Below, piece after piece: positions 39,729-50,587 of a stretch of 64,000 bases of DNA. The position numbers and the translations under genes were made by a program. The stretch covers positions 960,001 to 1,024,000 of the forward strand of contig OZ244922.1 in assembly GCA_965221905.1 (NCBI GenBank), given 5' to 3'. Within the stretch, counting starts at the first letter, position 1, and every line of letters starts with the position of its first letter. The stretch comes from Chloroflexota bacterium (GTDB lineage: Bacteria; Chloroflexota; UBA11872; VXOZ01). The notes beneath the pieces were generated by a model. It was not told the origin of the DNA. It was given only the letters and a program-made list of their open reading frames with translations, and made no database searches.

Positions 39729-40169
39729 ATGCAACCCCTGGCTGGGGATTGGTTGTGCAATCGTTACTTGGGGCGTGTCGTGAAGCTGCTGTGCGGTGTC
39801 TTTTTTGTGCTGCTTGCTGTGCTGCTAAGCGGCTGCGGCCGCCAGCCGGTAGCTGAAGCTACGCCTCTGCCCACTCCCACCCTAGCTCCGCAGCTCACGC
39901 CGTCACCCGCTCTCGCACTCGGCTTGCGAAAGCAGGGAATCGTCTTTCACGATCTCACCCAAGGCGAGCAGGTGTGCCCCAGCTTCGCGGAGATTCTCGC
40001 GCCGTTAGAACTTTCCACGGAGAATTTCTCGGACCAACCCATGGAAGTCGTGCGGCAAGTGCGGTTGGTGTGCACCAATGAGGAGAAGGGGACGGTCTAC
40101 TTTATAGACCTACAGAATAAGACGATTACCGTCACACGTAAGCTGCCGCCAATCCCGGGAATGCCGTAA
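39729..40169 (+). CDS. Uncharacterised lipoprotein, paralog 2
   Basis: LSGC lipobox; IVFHDL..EQVC...QVRLVCT...TVYFID. Confidence 0.85.
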   Translation: MQPLAGDWLCNRYLGRVVKLLCGVFFVLLAVLLSGCGRQPVAEATPLPTPTLAPQLTPSPALALGLRKQGIVFHDLTQGEQVCPSFAEILAPLELSTENFSDQPMEVVRQVRLVCTNEEKGTVYFIDLQNKTITVTRKLPPIPGMP

Positions 40170-40173
40170 CGCA

Positions 40174-40536
40174 ATGGTCACGCTCTGCCGCCAAGGCACA
40201 CTGGTGCTCTGTCTTCTTATTCTGCTCGCCGGCTGTCGAGGGTCGCCGCCAGAGTCTACACCCCGGTCTACCCCGACAGAGGTTGTTTCCGAGTTGCCGC
40301 AGCCGACGCCACCACCCCAGTCCTGGCCGGCGGGTGTGCTCTTCTACGAGCTTGAGGAACCGGAACAGACGTGCCTCGGCTACCAGGAGAATCTGTCCTT
40401 CAGCGACACCATCTTGCAAATCAAAATCGTCTGCACGCAACAAGGTGTGGAGACTGTATATTTCATAGATACAGAGACGCAGATAGTGACTGTATTGCGC
40501 ATACCCATACCTCTGACCGTGAAACCGCAAGAGTAG
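40174..40536 (+). CDS. Uncharacterised lipoprotein, paralog 3
   Basis: LAGC lipobox; VLFYEL..EQTC...QIKIVCT...ETVYFID. Confidence 0.85.
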   Translation: MVTLCRQGTLVLCLLILLAGCRGSPPESTPRSTPTEVVSELPQPTPPPQSWPAGVLFYELEEPEQTCLGYQENLSFSDTILQIKIVCTQQGVETVYFIDTETQIVTVLRIPIPLTVKPQE

Positions 40537-40634
40537 CCCGGCTATTGCGCAAAGCAACGACCGACGGTAAGCAGCAACATGACGGATGAGGTGCCCAAAA
40601 TGCGACAAAGCGTGTCCCAGGGCCCACAAACGTC

Positions 40635-41261
40635 ATGACGCAGGACGCGTTGGCTCTTTACACAAAATACTACGTGGCTACAAGCTATGAACGGCTGGGG
40701 TTGTTCACGCTTGTGGCCGCTAGCTTTGCCAGCCGACGCGCGCTCTACCCGGGCAGTTTCACTCACCTTACACCCGCCTTCGTCTATCCGCACACGTGTT
40801 TTGTAGATACGGAAAGGCGCGCCGAGCGATTCTTTGCAGATAAGGCTGTGCGTGACTATGTGAACGAGCGGAAGGTATATTCCCAGGAGCCGTGCATCCG
40901 CTTCCACAGGGCTGACTACGTGCGGGAGTTGCCGGAACCCAAGGAGAGCTACGATCTCCTCATTTCGCAGTACGCGGGATTCGTCTCGCAGCACTGCAAG
41001 CAGTACCTCAAGGTCGGCGGCATGCTCTTGGCCAATAACAGCCACGGCGACGCAAGTATGGCGTGGTTGGATCAGGATTTCGCGCCAATAGCGGCCATCA
41101 AGCGCCGCGGCGAGCGGTTTAGCTTGGTTGAGACGAATCTCGATTCCTACTTTGTGCCAAAGCGGGATCACCCAATCACCCGGGAGTATCTGGAACGGAC
41201 CAAGCGCGGCGTGGCGTATACGCGCAGCGCCTTTGGATACGTCTTTCGGCGAGTGCGTTAG
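40635..41261 (+). CDS. Hypothetical protein with methyltransferase-like fold
   Basis: RALYPGS, YDLLISQYAG and YLKVGGMLL motifs. Confidence 0.7.
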   Translation: MTQDALALYTKYYVATSYERLGLFTLVAASFASRRALYPGSFTHLTPAFVYPHTCFVDTERRAERFFADKAVRDYVNERKVYSQEPCIRFHRADYVRELPEPKESYDLLISQYAGFVSQHCKQYLKVGGMLLANNSHGDASMAWLDQDFAPIAAIKRRGERFSLVETNLDSYFVPKRDHPITREYLERTKRGVAYTRSAFGYVFRRVR

Positions 41262-41525
41262 CGCCACGCCCCATCAAACCGGGCCTAGGCGTGCGGTGAA
41301 AGTGCTCAAGCCATGCGTGGGGACAGAGAGAGCCGGGTGATCGCGTGAGCGTAGCACATTGGTTCGCAACAGTTCTTGTTTTTGAAAGATTCAAGAGAGA
41401 AGCGTGTTATGCGCCTGTCTATAGAGGTAGAAGCACGTACTTGAACCCCCGGGCTTACTAGCGAGTGGTCTCTCTACTGGAGTGACAGAGTGCGACCGGG
41501 CTAGGCAGGGCAGGATGAGCAGTAG

Positions 41526-41909
41526 CTACTCTGCGATTACGAGCGCCGCTAGTTTGTGAACCAGCAACTTGACACGCTGGATACCACGCCGCACGGAATC
41601 GTCTGTTTGCCAACCTTCATAGAAGTTTTGATGCAGAGAATTAGCTACGTGAAAGAGATCATGGAGCTCAGGGTCTCCGGTTTCCCGTGAAACTCTTTTC
41701 AAGTTATCGAAAAGACGTGCGTGAGTGTTATGCTCCCAGCCTCTTTGCTCGGCAGTGGCTTTCACAGCCTGCGCCGCTGCACCCCACGCCTTTTCCGATG
41801 CTTGAAGCATATCGCCTCTATTGAACTCTTCTTCCGCTTGCTCGATGAATTGGCGGCTTGTTCTCATGTACTTCTCTACGACCTTGTCTCTCCCATTGAC
41901 CGCCATCAT
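41526..41909 (-). CDS. PaREP1/HEPN-like protein
   Basis: AEEEF.RGD.LQASEKAWGAAAQAVKA and ANSLHQNFYE. Confidence 0.88.
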   Translation of the reverse strand: MMAVNGRDKVVEKYMRTSRQFIEQAEEEFNRGDMLQASEKAWGAAAQAVKATAEQRGWEHNTHARLFDNLKRVSRETGDPELHDLFHVANSLHQNFYEGWQTDDSVRRGIQRVKLLVHKLAALVIAE

Positions 41910-42068
41910 AACCTCAAAGATAATCTACTCGCTCTCTCATTGTACCAAGCACCGCAACACTGTAACACTCCTGGTGAAGCAATGAGGCAAGGGTGACCTG
42001 CTTAGGTAGGGGGTTTCTGAACCGGAGGACAGTTCACGTGAGCGGAGGTCGCCTAAAGAAACTGCTGT

Positions 42069-43304
42069 TCAAAGGAAGAGATTTGGTGTAGGTTCGGTAT
42101 CCGCGCTGGCCCAGACCTGGCGAATGCGATGGTTGAAGCTATCGGCGATGTAGAGGTTACCCGCAATGTCCACCGCCACGCCGAGCGGGTAGTGGAGTGT
42201 AGCGGCCGGCCAACCGTCTCCGCTAAAGCCAAAGAGCGCGCCTCCCGCGACTGTGTCGATGCTGCCTTCCGGCGTAACTTTGCGAACGCGATGATTGAAC
42301 GTGTCAGCAATGTAGAGATTGCCTTGGCTATCCACGGCAATGCCGTACGGAGCACGCAACGTTGCTTGCGTGGCATTGCCGCGATCGCCGTTGAAACCGG
42401 AACTGCCGGTGCCGGCAACCGTTGTGATTAGGCCGTCGGTATCCACCATGCGTATGCGGCGATTCTCCCGATCTACGATGTAGAGCTTGCCTTCGCTGGA
42501 GACGGCCACGCCACGAGGGCTGTTTAAGCGGGCAAGCGCGGCCGGCCCGCCGTCGCCGCTGTACCCAGCCGCGCCCCCGCCGGCCACGGTGGTGATAGTG
42601 CCGTCCGCCGCCAGTTTTCGCACCCGGTGGTTGCGGGTGTCGGCAATATAGAGGGTGCCGTCAGTCGCCACGGCAACGCCGGTCGGAAAGGAAAGCTCTG
42701 CCGCAGTGCCGGGGCCGCCGTCGCCGGCGAAACCTGACTCTCCAGTGCCCGCTATCGTACTGATAGTACCGTCGATAGTCACCTTTCGGATACGGTGATT
42801 GTAGGTGTCGGCGATGTAAAGCGTGCCGTCGGAGTCGAGCGCGACGCCCAGCGGTGTGCGCAAACGGGCGTCGCGGGCCTGCCCGCCGTCCCCGTCAGCG
42901 CCGGCCTCTCCGGTACCCGCGAGCGTTGTGATTACGCCATCGGGTGCGATTTGTCGAATCTTATGGTTGAAAGCATCTGCGATGTACACGTTGCCCGCAG
43001 TGTCTATGGCTAGGCCCGCCGGAGTATTCAGCGTAGCCTCCACGGCCTGGCTGCCGTCGCCGCTGCTGCTCGCAATGCCGTTGCCCGCTATAGTGGTGAT
43101 GAGGCTGAAGCGGGTGACCACGGACTCGTGCTGGGAAAGCAGGTGGCTGCTTGCCTGGAGCGCGGGGAGACCGAAGATGAACAGCCCGAGAGCGGCGCAG
43201 ATGAAAGTAAGGAGCGCACGAGCAGTGTACGCGGGGTTGACAAAAGAGCGTTGCGTTTGACGAAACATAAGCGTTTGGCAAATACTGTTGACAGATACTC
43301 TCAC
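42069..43304 (-). CDS. Secreted NHL-repeat beta-propeller protein
   Basis: Six P.G.A.D..G.LYIAD..NHRIRKV repeats with GDGG.A..A.L linkers. Confidence 0.93.
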   Translation of the reverse strand: MRVSVNSICQTLMFRQTQRSFVNPAYTARALLTFICAALGLFIFGLPALQASSHLLSQHESVVTRFSLITTIAGNGIASSSGDGSQAVEATLNTPAGLAIDTAGNVYIADAFNHKIRQIAPDGVITTLAGTGEAGADGDGGQARDARLRTPLGVALDSDGTLYIADTYNHRIRKVTIDGTISTIAGTGESGFAGDGGPGTAAELSFPTGVAVATDGTLYIADTRNHRVRKLAADGTITTVAGGGAAGYSGDGGPAALARLNSPRGVAVSSEGKLYIVDRENRRIRMVDTDGLITTVAGTGSSGFNGDRGNATQATLRAPYGIAVDSQGNLYIADTFNHRVRKVTPEGSIDTVAGGALFGFSGDGWPAATLHYPLGVAVDIAGNLYIADSFNHRIRQVWASADTEPTPNLFL

Positions 43305-43382
43305 TTTATCCGGGTTTGCGTTGACTCATTATACGCCAAGCATCTGTGGCGGCCTACATGATTGGCTCTCGTAGGGTGGTGA

Positions 43383-45905
43383 ATGCTGATGTATAAGCGC
43401 CTTCTCGTCGTTGTGCTGGCCGCTTGCATTTGCCTATTGTTAGCGGCATGCGGAGAGGACGAGCCGGACGCTGCCGCTCCGGCTGAAGAAGCGCGGCCGC
43501 TGCCTTCCCCGCAGATTACCCAAACGGCCGTTCCCACAGCAACGGCACTCCCACCAACGCCTTCGGCGATCCCGCCGTCGCCGACGCCGACGGTTGAGCC
43601 AACGTCACTTCCCGCTACCCCAGACGTTTCGCCCACGCTGACCGCAACGCCTGTTCCTAGCCCAACGCCGGATCCCACACCTACGACGGCGCCTTCTCCC
43701 ACGCCGTTCGCTACATCCGCGCCGACTCCATCGCCATCACCGGAGCTCTCGCCCACGCCGGAGGTAACGCCCATGCCGAAGGCAACGCCCTCGCCGGCTG
43801 ACATGGCAGCGCTCAACTTTACCGGCGTTCGTGTCGTGCTGCGCGAGCCAAGCCAGGTGCAGGCGATCTTCTCGCTCCGCGATCAAGAAGGCAACCCCGC
43901 CATCCTGCCTGCGGCAGAGCTGCAGCAGGCGACGCGCATTTTCGAGCGCGGTGCAGGTGCGGACGTGTGGGAAGAGGTCGACTACACGGAAACCAACCTA
44001 TTTGTGCACTCCGCAGAGCGTTTTGCGCTAGAGGTGGTGTTTGTCCTCGACTTCACGCGCAGCATGACCACGTGGCAATTGCCGGACGGCACGGCGGGCA
44101 GTACCCTCATGCGTCAAGCGCTGGAAAGCGCCCTCGACCGTTTGCCGGAAGCGCACCGCGTCGGCGTTGTTGCCTTTCACGACCGCTCTGCAGAGCCGGT
44201 GATCATCGCTTTTCCCACGACCGATAGAGACCTCATCCGGACGGAGGTCGCCCGATTTGCCGAATCCGGTTTCGACTCCGGTTCCAGCCGCCTTTGGGAT
44301 GCAGTCGAACGTGGCCTTGACCTGTTCTCGGCCCAGGCAGACACGGCTGCCGATGTAACCCGCGCCCTGGTTTTTCTCTCGGACGGCAGAGACACCAGCA
44401 GCCTGCGCCAACGCCACGAAGTTGGGCTACTCGCGCAGGATAGAGGCGTGCAACTCTACCCGCTTGGGCTTGGTGATGTCTACCAGGAGTCGGACCTGCG
44501 CGCCCTGGCAACAACGACGAACGGCGCTTACTACGCCGTAGCCGAGCTCGCGCAGCTTGAGACGCAGTTCATTGCGTTGGTGAATGATTTTGCCGGTCAA
44601 TACAAGCTCAGCTACACCACGCTGCGTCGCGACGGGGAATATGCGATTCGTATCGAGACGACTCTAGACGGCGTTACCGGTGTCTTCACCAGTGAGGCAT
44701 TGCCTTTCGGCGAGATCTATAGTCCCGATACGCAAGGACGCATCGCGGTCGATCCGCTTACGATTGATGTCGAAGAGCAGAGCGCAACTACATTCGTGCG
44801 TGCGCTCCACGTGCCGCGCAACATTCAGCACTTTCGCTTTACGCTCGACATCGACCGGCCTGTCACAGTCTCACTCGTGTCGGCGAGTGCAGGCGGTTTG
44901 CTGGAAGGATGGGAACTCTCGCCACCGGATGACGTGGGCTACTGGATGGCAACCGGGCCGACGCCGCTGCCGTTCGGTAATTTCGGCCTGCTCTTTAAAG
45001 TGGTCGTGACGGACGTAGCCGCTGAAGAGATTGCCATACGCATTGTGTTCGATAACAGCGCGTATGCCGGCAATAAGCAATTCGTCGTGGTTTCCGGTGG
45101 CGCCGAGGAGCGACTACCGCAAATCGCTTTTGCCAGTTTACGTGACGAAAATTGGGAAATCTACGCTATGAATGCCGATGGCAGCGGCGTGACGCGCCTG
45201 ACGGAGGATCCCGGTAACGACGTGGCTCCTAATTGGTCGCCCGACGCGCGGCGTGTAGCCTTTGCCAGCAATCGCGCCGGGAACTTCGATATCTATGTGA
45301 TGAACGCCGACGGCAGCGAGGTGACGCAATTGACAGACGACCCCGGCGATGACTTTGCACCCCGCTGGTCGCCGGACGGCCGCAAGCTGGCCTTCTACAG
45401 CGAACGGGCGAGCAACGTCGATATCTACGTGATGAATGCCGACGGCAGCGGGCAGACGAGACTCACCGCGGACCGCGGGCGTGATCTAACGCCGTCCTGG
45501 TCGCCCGATGGGGTGAAGATTGCGTTCACTAGCGACCGCGAACGGAATTTCGACATTTTTGTCATGAATGCCGACGGCAGTCGGCAGACCCGGCTCACGA
45601 GCGACCGGGCAGCGGATACGGCTCCGGCGTGGTCGCCGGATGGGCGTAAGCTGGCCTTCACGAGCAAGCGCTCCGGCAATTGGGAAATCCACACGATAAA
45701 CGCCGACGGTAGCGAGTTGAACCGACTTACATCCCACCCGGCCGACGATTTCGGCGCAGCCTGGTCGGCAGACGGCAACAGCCTGGCTTTCTATAGCATC
45801 AGAAACCTGAACTACGAAATCTACGTGATGAACGTCGCCAACGGCAACGTCACACGCCTCACCAACCACCCAGCCCTCGACGCCGACCCGGCATGGTCGC
45901 CGTAG
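43383..45905 (+). CDS. Lipoprotein with Pro/Thr stalk, VWA domain and TolB-like PD40 repeats
   Basis: LAAC lipobox; [13 protein letters not shown] motif and FLSDG; repeated [22 protein letters not shown]. Confidence 0.92.
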   Translation: MLMYKRLLVVVLAACICLLLAACGEDEPDAAAPAEEARPLPSPQITQTAVPTATALPPTPSAIPPSPTPTVEPTSLPATPDVSPTLTATPVPSPTPDPTPTTAPSPTPFATSAPTPSPSPELSPTPEVTPMPKATPSPADMAALNFTGVRVVLREPSQVQAIFSLRDQEGNPAILPAAELQQATRIFERGAGADVWEEVDYTETNLFVHSAERFALEVVFVLDFTRSMTTWQLPDGTAGSTLMRQALESALDRLPEAHRVGVVAFHDRSAEPVIIAFPTTDRDLIRTEVARFAESGFDSGSSRLWDAVERGLDLFSAQADTAADVTRALVFLSDGRDTSSLRQRHEVGLLAQDRGVQLYPLGLGDVYQESDLRALATTTNGAYYAVAELAQLETQFIALVNDFAGQYKLSYTTLRRDGEYAIRIETTLDGVTGVFTSEALPFGEIYSPDTQGRIAVDPLTIDVEEQSATTFVRALHVPRNIQHFRFTLDIDRPVTVSLVSASAGGLLEGWELSPPDDVGYWMATGPTPLPFGNFGLLFKVVVTDVAAEEIAIRIVFDNSAYAGNKQFVVVSGGAEERLPQIAFASLRDENWEIYAMNADGSGVTRLTEDPGNDVAPNWSPDARRVAFASNRAGNFDIYVMNADGSEVTQLTDDPGDDFAPRWSPDGRKLAFYSERASNVDIYVMNADGSGQTRLTADRGRDLTPSWSPDGVKIAFTSDRERNFDIFVMNADGSRQTRLTSDRAADTAPAWSPDGRKLAFTSKRSGNWEIHTINADGSELNRLTSHPADDFGAAWSADGNSLAFYSIRNLNYEIYVMNVANGNVTRLTNHPALDADPAWSP

Positions 45906-45969
45906 CGGAATCTCGACAAAGGGATCACCGTGCATTTCAATTGTGGCACTAGAGTTGCCTACTTGCGCT

Positions 45970-47040
45970 CTAATCCCTGCTTTTTGCATCCACTATCAGA
46001 GGTGTAAGGACTAGGCCAAGTAGCATTTTGCTCAACTCTTCTGGGTGAATCGAAAGCATTTCGGCGATTTGAAACACCGTAGTTCCTTCCTCTCGAAGAG
46101 ATCGAAGGACCTTTCCAAGGATTTGCGAAGTTTCTCTTTGAGCGCTCTTTGGTTCATTCAAGCGGAAGCCCTTCTGCCCCATTTCAATGAACAACATCCG
46201 ATATTGGTGATCACTAAGGAGTCCGAGTTTATGCATACGATAGGTCAGGTTAGTCACGGACACGATCCAATACTCCTTTGCCTCAATGATCTGGCCAAGG
46301 GAGCCTCTTCGCGGCGCATGAGCCAAAATACTTCCCGGTGGCATCAGGAATGCTGAACCAAACTGTTGGGCTTCAAACTCAGCCTGGCGATTCCTCAGTG
46401 ACCCACCTTCTGAATGGAGGATTAGATGCCCAAGTTCGTGAGCTGCGTCCATTCGGCTTCGTTCTGTGTTTTTCGTTGTATTGAGAAGAATGTATGGGGT
46501 GCTTCCTCTCCAAAATGAGTATGCATCGATAGCCGCAGCGTCTTCTGCAAGTGAAAAAATGCGTACGCCATGCAACTCAAGCAAATGGATCATATTCATT
46601 ATTGGGCGCTCACCCAAGCGCCATCTGCTGCGTATCTCCATCGCAGTCAATTCAGGGTCCACACTTTGGTATCGAGGAATATCTGTTTCGGGCAAGTCGA
46701 ACCTCGCCTCAATCCAATCAGAGAGGTTTAGTGCTAGCGTACCTGCGGCTATGGCCTGATCACGCAGTCTTGCGGTTACGGTGCTAAGCGCGCGGAAACT
46801 TGCGCCTTCCAATGGTGGATCTTCAAGAGTATCTGCGAAGAAGAAATCTAGAGGGAACCGTAGAATCTCAGAGAATCTAGCAACTGTCTCTTTGCTGGGG
46901 ATTCGACTTCCAGCAAAATAGTTCGCCAATGCCCTTGTCGATAATCCTGACCGCTTAACTAAGTCGCGTTTTGACATTCCCCTCCGTCGCCGTGCCAGTT
47001 CCAACCTGGATGGGTTTATCTTTGAGTGAGCTGTTTTCAT
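45970..47040 (-). CDS. XRE-HTH plus ImmA/IrrE (M78) metallopeptidase, RmrA-like antitoxin
   Basis: RLELARRRRGMS HTH; RSRMDAAHELGH (HExxH); EAQQFGSAFLMP. Confidence 0.9.
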   Translation of the reverse strand: MKTAHSKINPSRLELARRRRGMSKRDLVKRSGLSTRALANYFAGSRIPSKETVARFSEILRFPLDFFFADTLEDPPLEGASFRALSTVTARLRDQAIAAGTLALNLSDWIEARFDLPETDIPRYQSVDPELTAMEIRSRWRLGERPIMNMIHLLELHGVRIFSLAEDAAAIDAYSFWRGSTPYILLNTTKNTERSRMDAAHELGHLILHSEGGSLRNRQAEFEAQQFGSAFLMPPGSILAHAPRRGSLGQIIEAKEYWIVSVTNLTYRMHKLGLLSDHQYRMLFIEMGQKGFRLNEPKSAQRETSQILGKVLRSLREEGTTVFQIAEMLSIHPEELSKMLLGLVLTPLIVDAKSRD

Positions 47041-47705
47041 CCTGTGCGCCTTTTCCTCCTAACTGGCACATCAATGAGATCGTCAACACTGGGATCGAAT
47101 TCCGTATGGCTTGTATCGATTTGGAACTTATCTTCTGGATCCGAAAGGATGATGCGCTCTTCCCAAACACTCACACGACCATCCAAATTGGTGGCCACGG
47201 GAAGTGAGAATTCTGCCCTAACTTTATCTGAATTCCTACCGTAGATATAAAACAATAGAATCCAAGTCTTCCTCTTTTCCGTGGGCTTGCGCCACTTAGG
47301 ATCGAAACTCACGTCTGAAAAGCTAGGCTGGTTGTCATTTATTATCCTCTTGGTCATCACCCCCTTTTGAACACGAGTCATGGGTGTCCGGTCTTGAATT
47401 CCGGTATTACAGTCTCCTGCTGCTGCAACAATACCTAGTCTCCTATCGGGGTGGACCGTCATCTCATAGTTGTTCGGATTCTCTTTGAGCCAGCCCTTTG
47501 GCACTAGAAAGTCACGCAACCTACGAGTCACCTTCGTCCAAGCAATTACGCTCTTTCCCACAGATGGATCATGTAGCGTGCATTCGGCAGCGAAAGCTTG
47601 TCCGTACTTTACAGACTCCCAAAGGAAAGTCTGCGTAAGATCAAGTTGGTAGAGTCGGTCCTCAACCTCTGCAAGACCCCGGAAACTACTAGCTGTAAGT
47701 TGCAT
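47037..47705 (-). CDS. Putative toxin partner (RosmerTA RmrT-like)
   Basis: ATGA overlap with the peptidase gene; TWILLFY..VRAEFSLP..WEERIIL; AT-richer islet. Confidence 0.65.
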   Translation of the reverse strand: MQLTASSFRGLAEVEDRLYQLDLTQTFLWESVKYGQAFAAECTLHDPSVGKSVIAWTKVTRRLRDFLVPKGWLKENPNNYEMTVHPDRRLGIVAAAGDCNTGIQDRTPMTRVQKGVMTKRIINDNQPSFSDVSFDPKWRKPTEKRKTWILLFYIYGRNSDKVRAEFSLPVATNLDGRVSVWEERIILSDPEDKFQIDTSHTEFDPSVDDLIDVPVRRKRRTG

Positions 47706-47942
47706 TTATCAATCCTTTAACTCTCAAGATGATGAGTTGATGTGCGTGTTATTCTACCACATATGAGGTGGAAAAACACGCACATCATTGAAAGGTTCCG
47801 GTCTATTTGCAGTATCGCAGCCAAATGCCCTCTCGTTCTGATTCGTGATACCGTATACTGCGACTGTTTTGCTTACTGGAGAAATCCCAATTCTCCCTTT
47901 AGGATAAGCTGAGGACGCGCGTACACGAAAGAGGATGAACCC

Positions 47943-49106
47943 ATGCGTTTTGCGAATCGGATAGCCAAATTGCCGCCGTATTTGTTTGCCGAGGTTGATC
48001 GGCGGATTGCGGCCAAGCGGAAAGAGGGCGTGGACGTTATTTCGCTGGGTATCGGCGATCCCGACCTGCCCACGCCGCAGCACGTGGTCGATGCACTGTC
48101 TGCCGCCGCGGCCAAGCCCTACACCCACCAATACCCGGAGTATGAGGGCTTGCCGGCGTTTCGGGAAGCCGTGGCAACATGGTACGGAAACCGGTTTGGC
48201 GTGAAGCTCGACCCTGAGACACAGGTGGTCTCGCTGATTGGCTCTAAAGAGGGCATTGCCCACTTTCCCGTGGCGGTGGTGGATCCCGGCGACGTGGTAT
48301 TGGCTACCGATCCCGGCTATCCGGTCTATAACACCGGCACGCTCTTTTCCGACGGCGAGACCTACTACGTGCCGCTGCGGGCGGAGAACGACTTCTTGCC
48401 GGATCTCGCCGCCATTCCCAATGACGTGATCAAGCGCGCTAAGCTGCTCTGGATTTGCTACCCGAACAATCCCACCGCGGCGGTGGCGCCCCGCTCGTTC
48501 TTCGAGGAGTGCGTGGCATTCGGCAAGGAGCATGACCTCATAATCGCCCACGACGCGGCCTACACCGAGGTATGTTTCGACGGCTACAAGCCGCTGAGCT
48601 TCTTGGAGGTGGATGGCGCCATGGACGTGGGCATCGAGTTTCACTCGCTCTCCAAGACCTACAACATGACCGGCTGGCGCATTGGCATGGCCGTGGGCAA
48701 TACTGACATCATCGAAGCGCTCGGCCGCGTGAAGACGAATATCGATTCCGGCATCTTTCGGGCCGTGCAGGAAGCCGGCGTAGTGGCCCTTAATGAGACG
48801 CCCCAGTCATGGATCGACGAGCGTAACGCCATCTATCAGGAGCGCCGCGACCTAATCCTTGACACTCTGGAATCCATGGGCCTGCAAGCGCAGCGGCCCA
48901 AAGCCAGCCTCTACGTGTGGTCGCCCACACCGGCGGGTATCTCCGCCATAGACTTCTCCGTGCGGCTGCTCGACGAGGCGGGTATAGTCATCACCCCGGG
49001 CGTCGGCTTTGGCGATGCCGGTGAAGGCTACTTCCGTATCTCCCTGGCCTGCCCCACCGACCGCCTGAAAGAGGCGTTGGAACGGCTCACAGCGGTTAGA
49101 ATCTAA
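47943..49106 (+). CDS. dapL: LL-diaminopimelate aminotransferase
   Basis: LPPYLFAE, GIGDPD, IGSKEGIAH, YPNNPT and EFHSLSKTYNMTGWRIG. Confidence 0.92.
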   Translation: MRFANRIAKLPPYLFAEVDRRIAAKRKEGVDVISLGIGDPDLPTPQHVVDALSAAAAKPYTHQYPEYEGLPAFREAVATWYGNRFGVKLDPETQVVSLIGSKEGIAHFPVAVVDPGDVVLATDPGYPVYNTGTLFSDGETYYVPLRAENDFLPDLAAIPNDVIKRAKLLWICYPNNPTAAVAPRSFFEECVAFGKEHDLIIAHDAAYTEVCFDGYKPLSFLEVDGAMDVGIEFHSLSKTYNMTGWRIGMAVGNTDIIEALGRVKTNIDSGIFRAVQEAGVVALNETPQSWIDERNAIYQERRDLILDTLESMGLQAQRPKASLYVWSPTPAGISAIDFSVRLLDEAGIVITPGVGFGDAGEGYFRISLACPTDRLKEALERLTAVRI

Positions 49107-49236
49107 GTGTAATCTGCCTTGCAGGTCTCGGCTCTATACGCAAAGGAGCGGGGGACAAGCCCCCGCGCTACATTGTAACTCTAGTGGTCATCTTAGGGAG
49201 TGAAGTGACAAGGAATCTAGGCGCGAGTTGCTAGGA

Positions 49237-49264
49237 GTAGGGGCACGGCATGCCGTGCCTCTAC
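49237..49264. repeat. GTAG-type REP palindrome
   Basis: GTAGGGGCACGGCATGCCGTGCCTCTAC; same family at 54912, 56840, 58498 and about 60139. Confidence 0.85.
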
Positions 49265-49392
49265 GTGTCGTGCAAGGACAACTGATCACGAGGCATGGAG
49301 GGGTGGGCGGCGCTTGAAACGAGGTGAGATTTCGCTCGGGCTAGTATCGCGCTGGGCACAAGGGATTAAGTACAAGTATATAGGAGCGAGTC

Positions 49393-50373
49393 ATGAACAC
49401 GCCGCCTGAAACCTTTATCCGGGTACAATCTGCGCTGCTGGAAGCGTTTGTGAAGGACTGCTTTGTGGCGGTTGGCATGGCGGACGGGCACGCGCAGCAG
49501 ATGGCTGGGTGGCTGACAGGGAACGACCTGCGCGGCGTCTTCAGCCACGGCACGCGCCAGACGGTTGCCTACGTCGGTCACTACCAAAAGAAGGACCTCA
49601 ACGTTGCGCCTAACGTGCAAGTGGTACGCGAGACCGCGGTGACGGCTACCGTAGACGGCGACGGGGGTTTGGGGTACTTTCCCTCGTTTGCGGCGGCGAA
49701 TCTCGCGGTGCAAAAGGCGAAAGAGCACGGCGTGGCCAACGTGATTACGCGAAACCACGGGCACTTTGGCGCGGCGGGATTATGGTCACGCGTGATCGTG
49801 GGCGCCGACCTTGTGGCCTACGTGACCTCCGGCGCGCAACTCCAAATGAAGCCCGGTGCGCCCCATCGCCATGCCGCCGGTGGTTCCCCCATGAGCTTTG
49901 CCGCTCCAGGCGGCGAGGAGCCGCCGATTGTAATCGACTTTGGCGCCGTCCATGATCTCTACGATGGTGAACCGCACGTCAATGCCATAGAGATGCTGGC
50001 GCCCAGTGCCACCTATCGCAGCATCGGACTCGGCTCGTTCTGCCAGATTCTGGGTGGGTTTTTGTGCGGCGTGCCCTCCGCGCCGGAGCGCGCGCAGCGG
50101 GAATGGCCCGGCGCGAACCAAGGTTCGTTTATGACCGCCCACGATGTTTCCCACTACATGCCGCTCGATCGGTTCAAGAGCGAGGTGGACGATTATATCC
50201 GCCAGGTGCGTCAACTTGCACCGATTGCCAACCAGTCGGAGGTGGAAGTCGGCGGCGGCATGGAGGCGAAACGCGAACGCCAGTGGCGTAAAGAGGGCGT
50301 GCCCGTTGGCCCGGAGCACGCGAAGGCGCTGCAGGAATTGGGGCAAGAACTAGGAGTGCACGTTCCGTACTAG
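49393..50373 (+). CDS. Ldh_2 (malate/L-lactate dehydrogenase-like) oxidoreductase
   Basis: DLRGVFSHG, VDGDGGLG, AKEHGV and NHGHFGAAG. Confidence 0.9.
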   Translation: MNTPPETFIRVQSALLEAFVKDCFVAVGMADGHAQQMAGWLTGNDLRGVFSHGTRQTVAYVGHYQKKDLNVAPNVQVVRETAVTATVDGDGGLGYFPSFAAANLAVQKAKEHGVANVITRNHGHFGAAGLWSRVIVGADLVAYVTSGAQLQMKPGAPHRHAAGGSPMSFAAPGGEEPPIVIDFGAVHDLYDGEPHVNAIEMLAPSATYRSIGLGSFCQILGGFLCGVPSAPERAQREWPGANQGSFMTAHDVSHYMPLDRFKSEVDDYIRQVRQLAPIANQSEVEVGGGMEAKRERQWRKEGVPVGPEHAKALQELGQELGVHVPY

Positions 50374-50391
50374 GAGGTTAGCTAGCCTCTC

Positions 50392-50460
50392 CGTCACTCC
50401 GGCGTAGGCCGGAGTCCAGGGATCGGGGGAAGATGGATTCCCGCTTGCGCGAGAATGACG
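50392..50460. repeat. Paired REP-like palindromes
   Basis: CGTCACTCCGGCGTAGGCCGGAGTCCA ... TGGATTCCCGCTTGCGCGAGAATGACG. Confidence 0.85.
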
Positions 50461-50587
50461 GGCCCGGTTCTCTGGCTGTGAGAGGCAAGCCCCCGAACTA
50501 CGTTTCCGAGCCAGAGGTCTTCAAAGAAACAACAGTCACTGTGACACCCCCTTTTGGGACTAGCAGGCGACCGGAAAGAGGTCACTG

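Noticed and set aside
41435-41500. tRNA fragment (GGTTCAAG on the minus strand)
   Set aside because: No T-stem pairing or cloverleaf.
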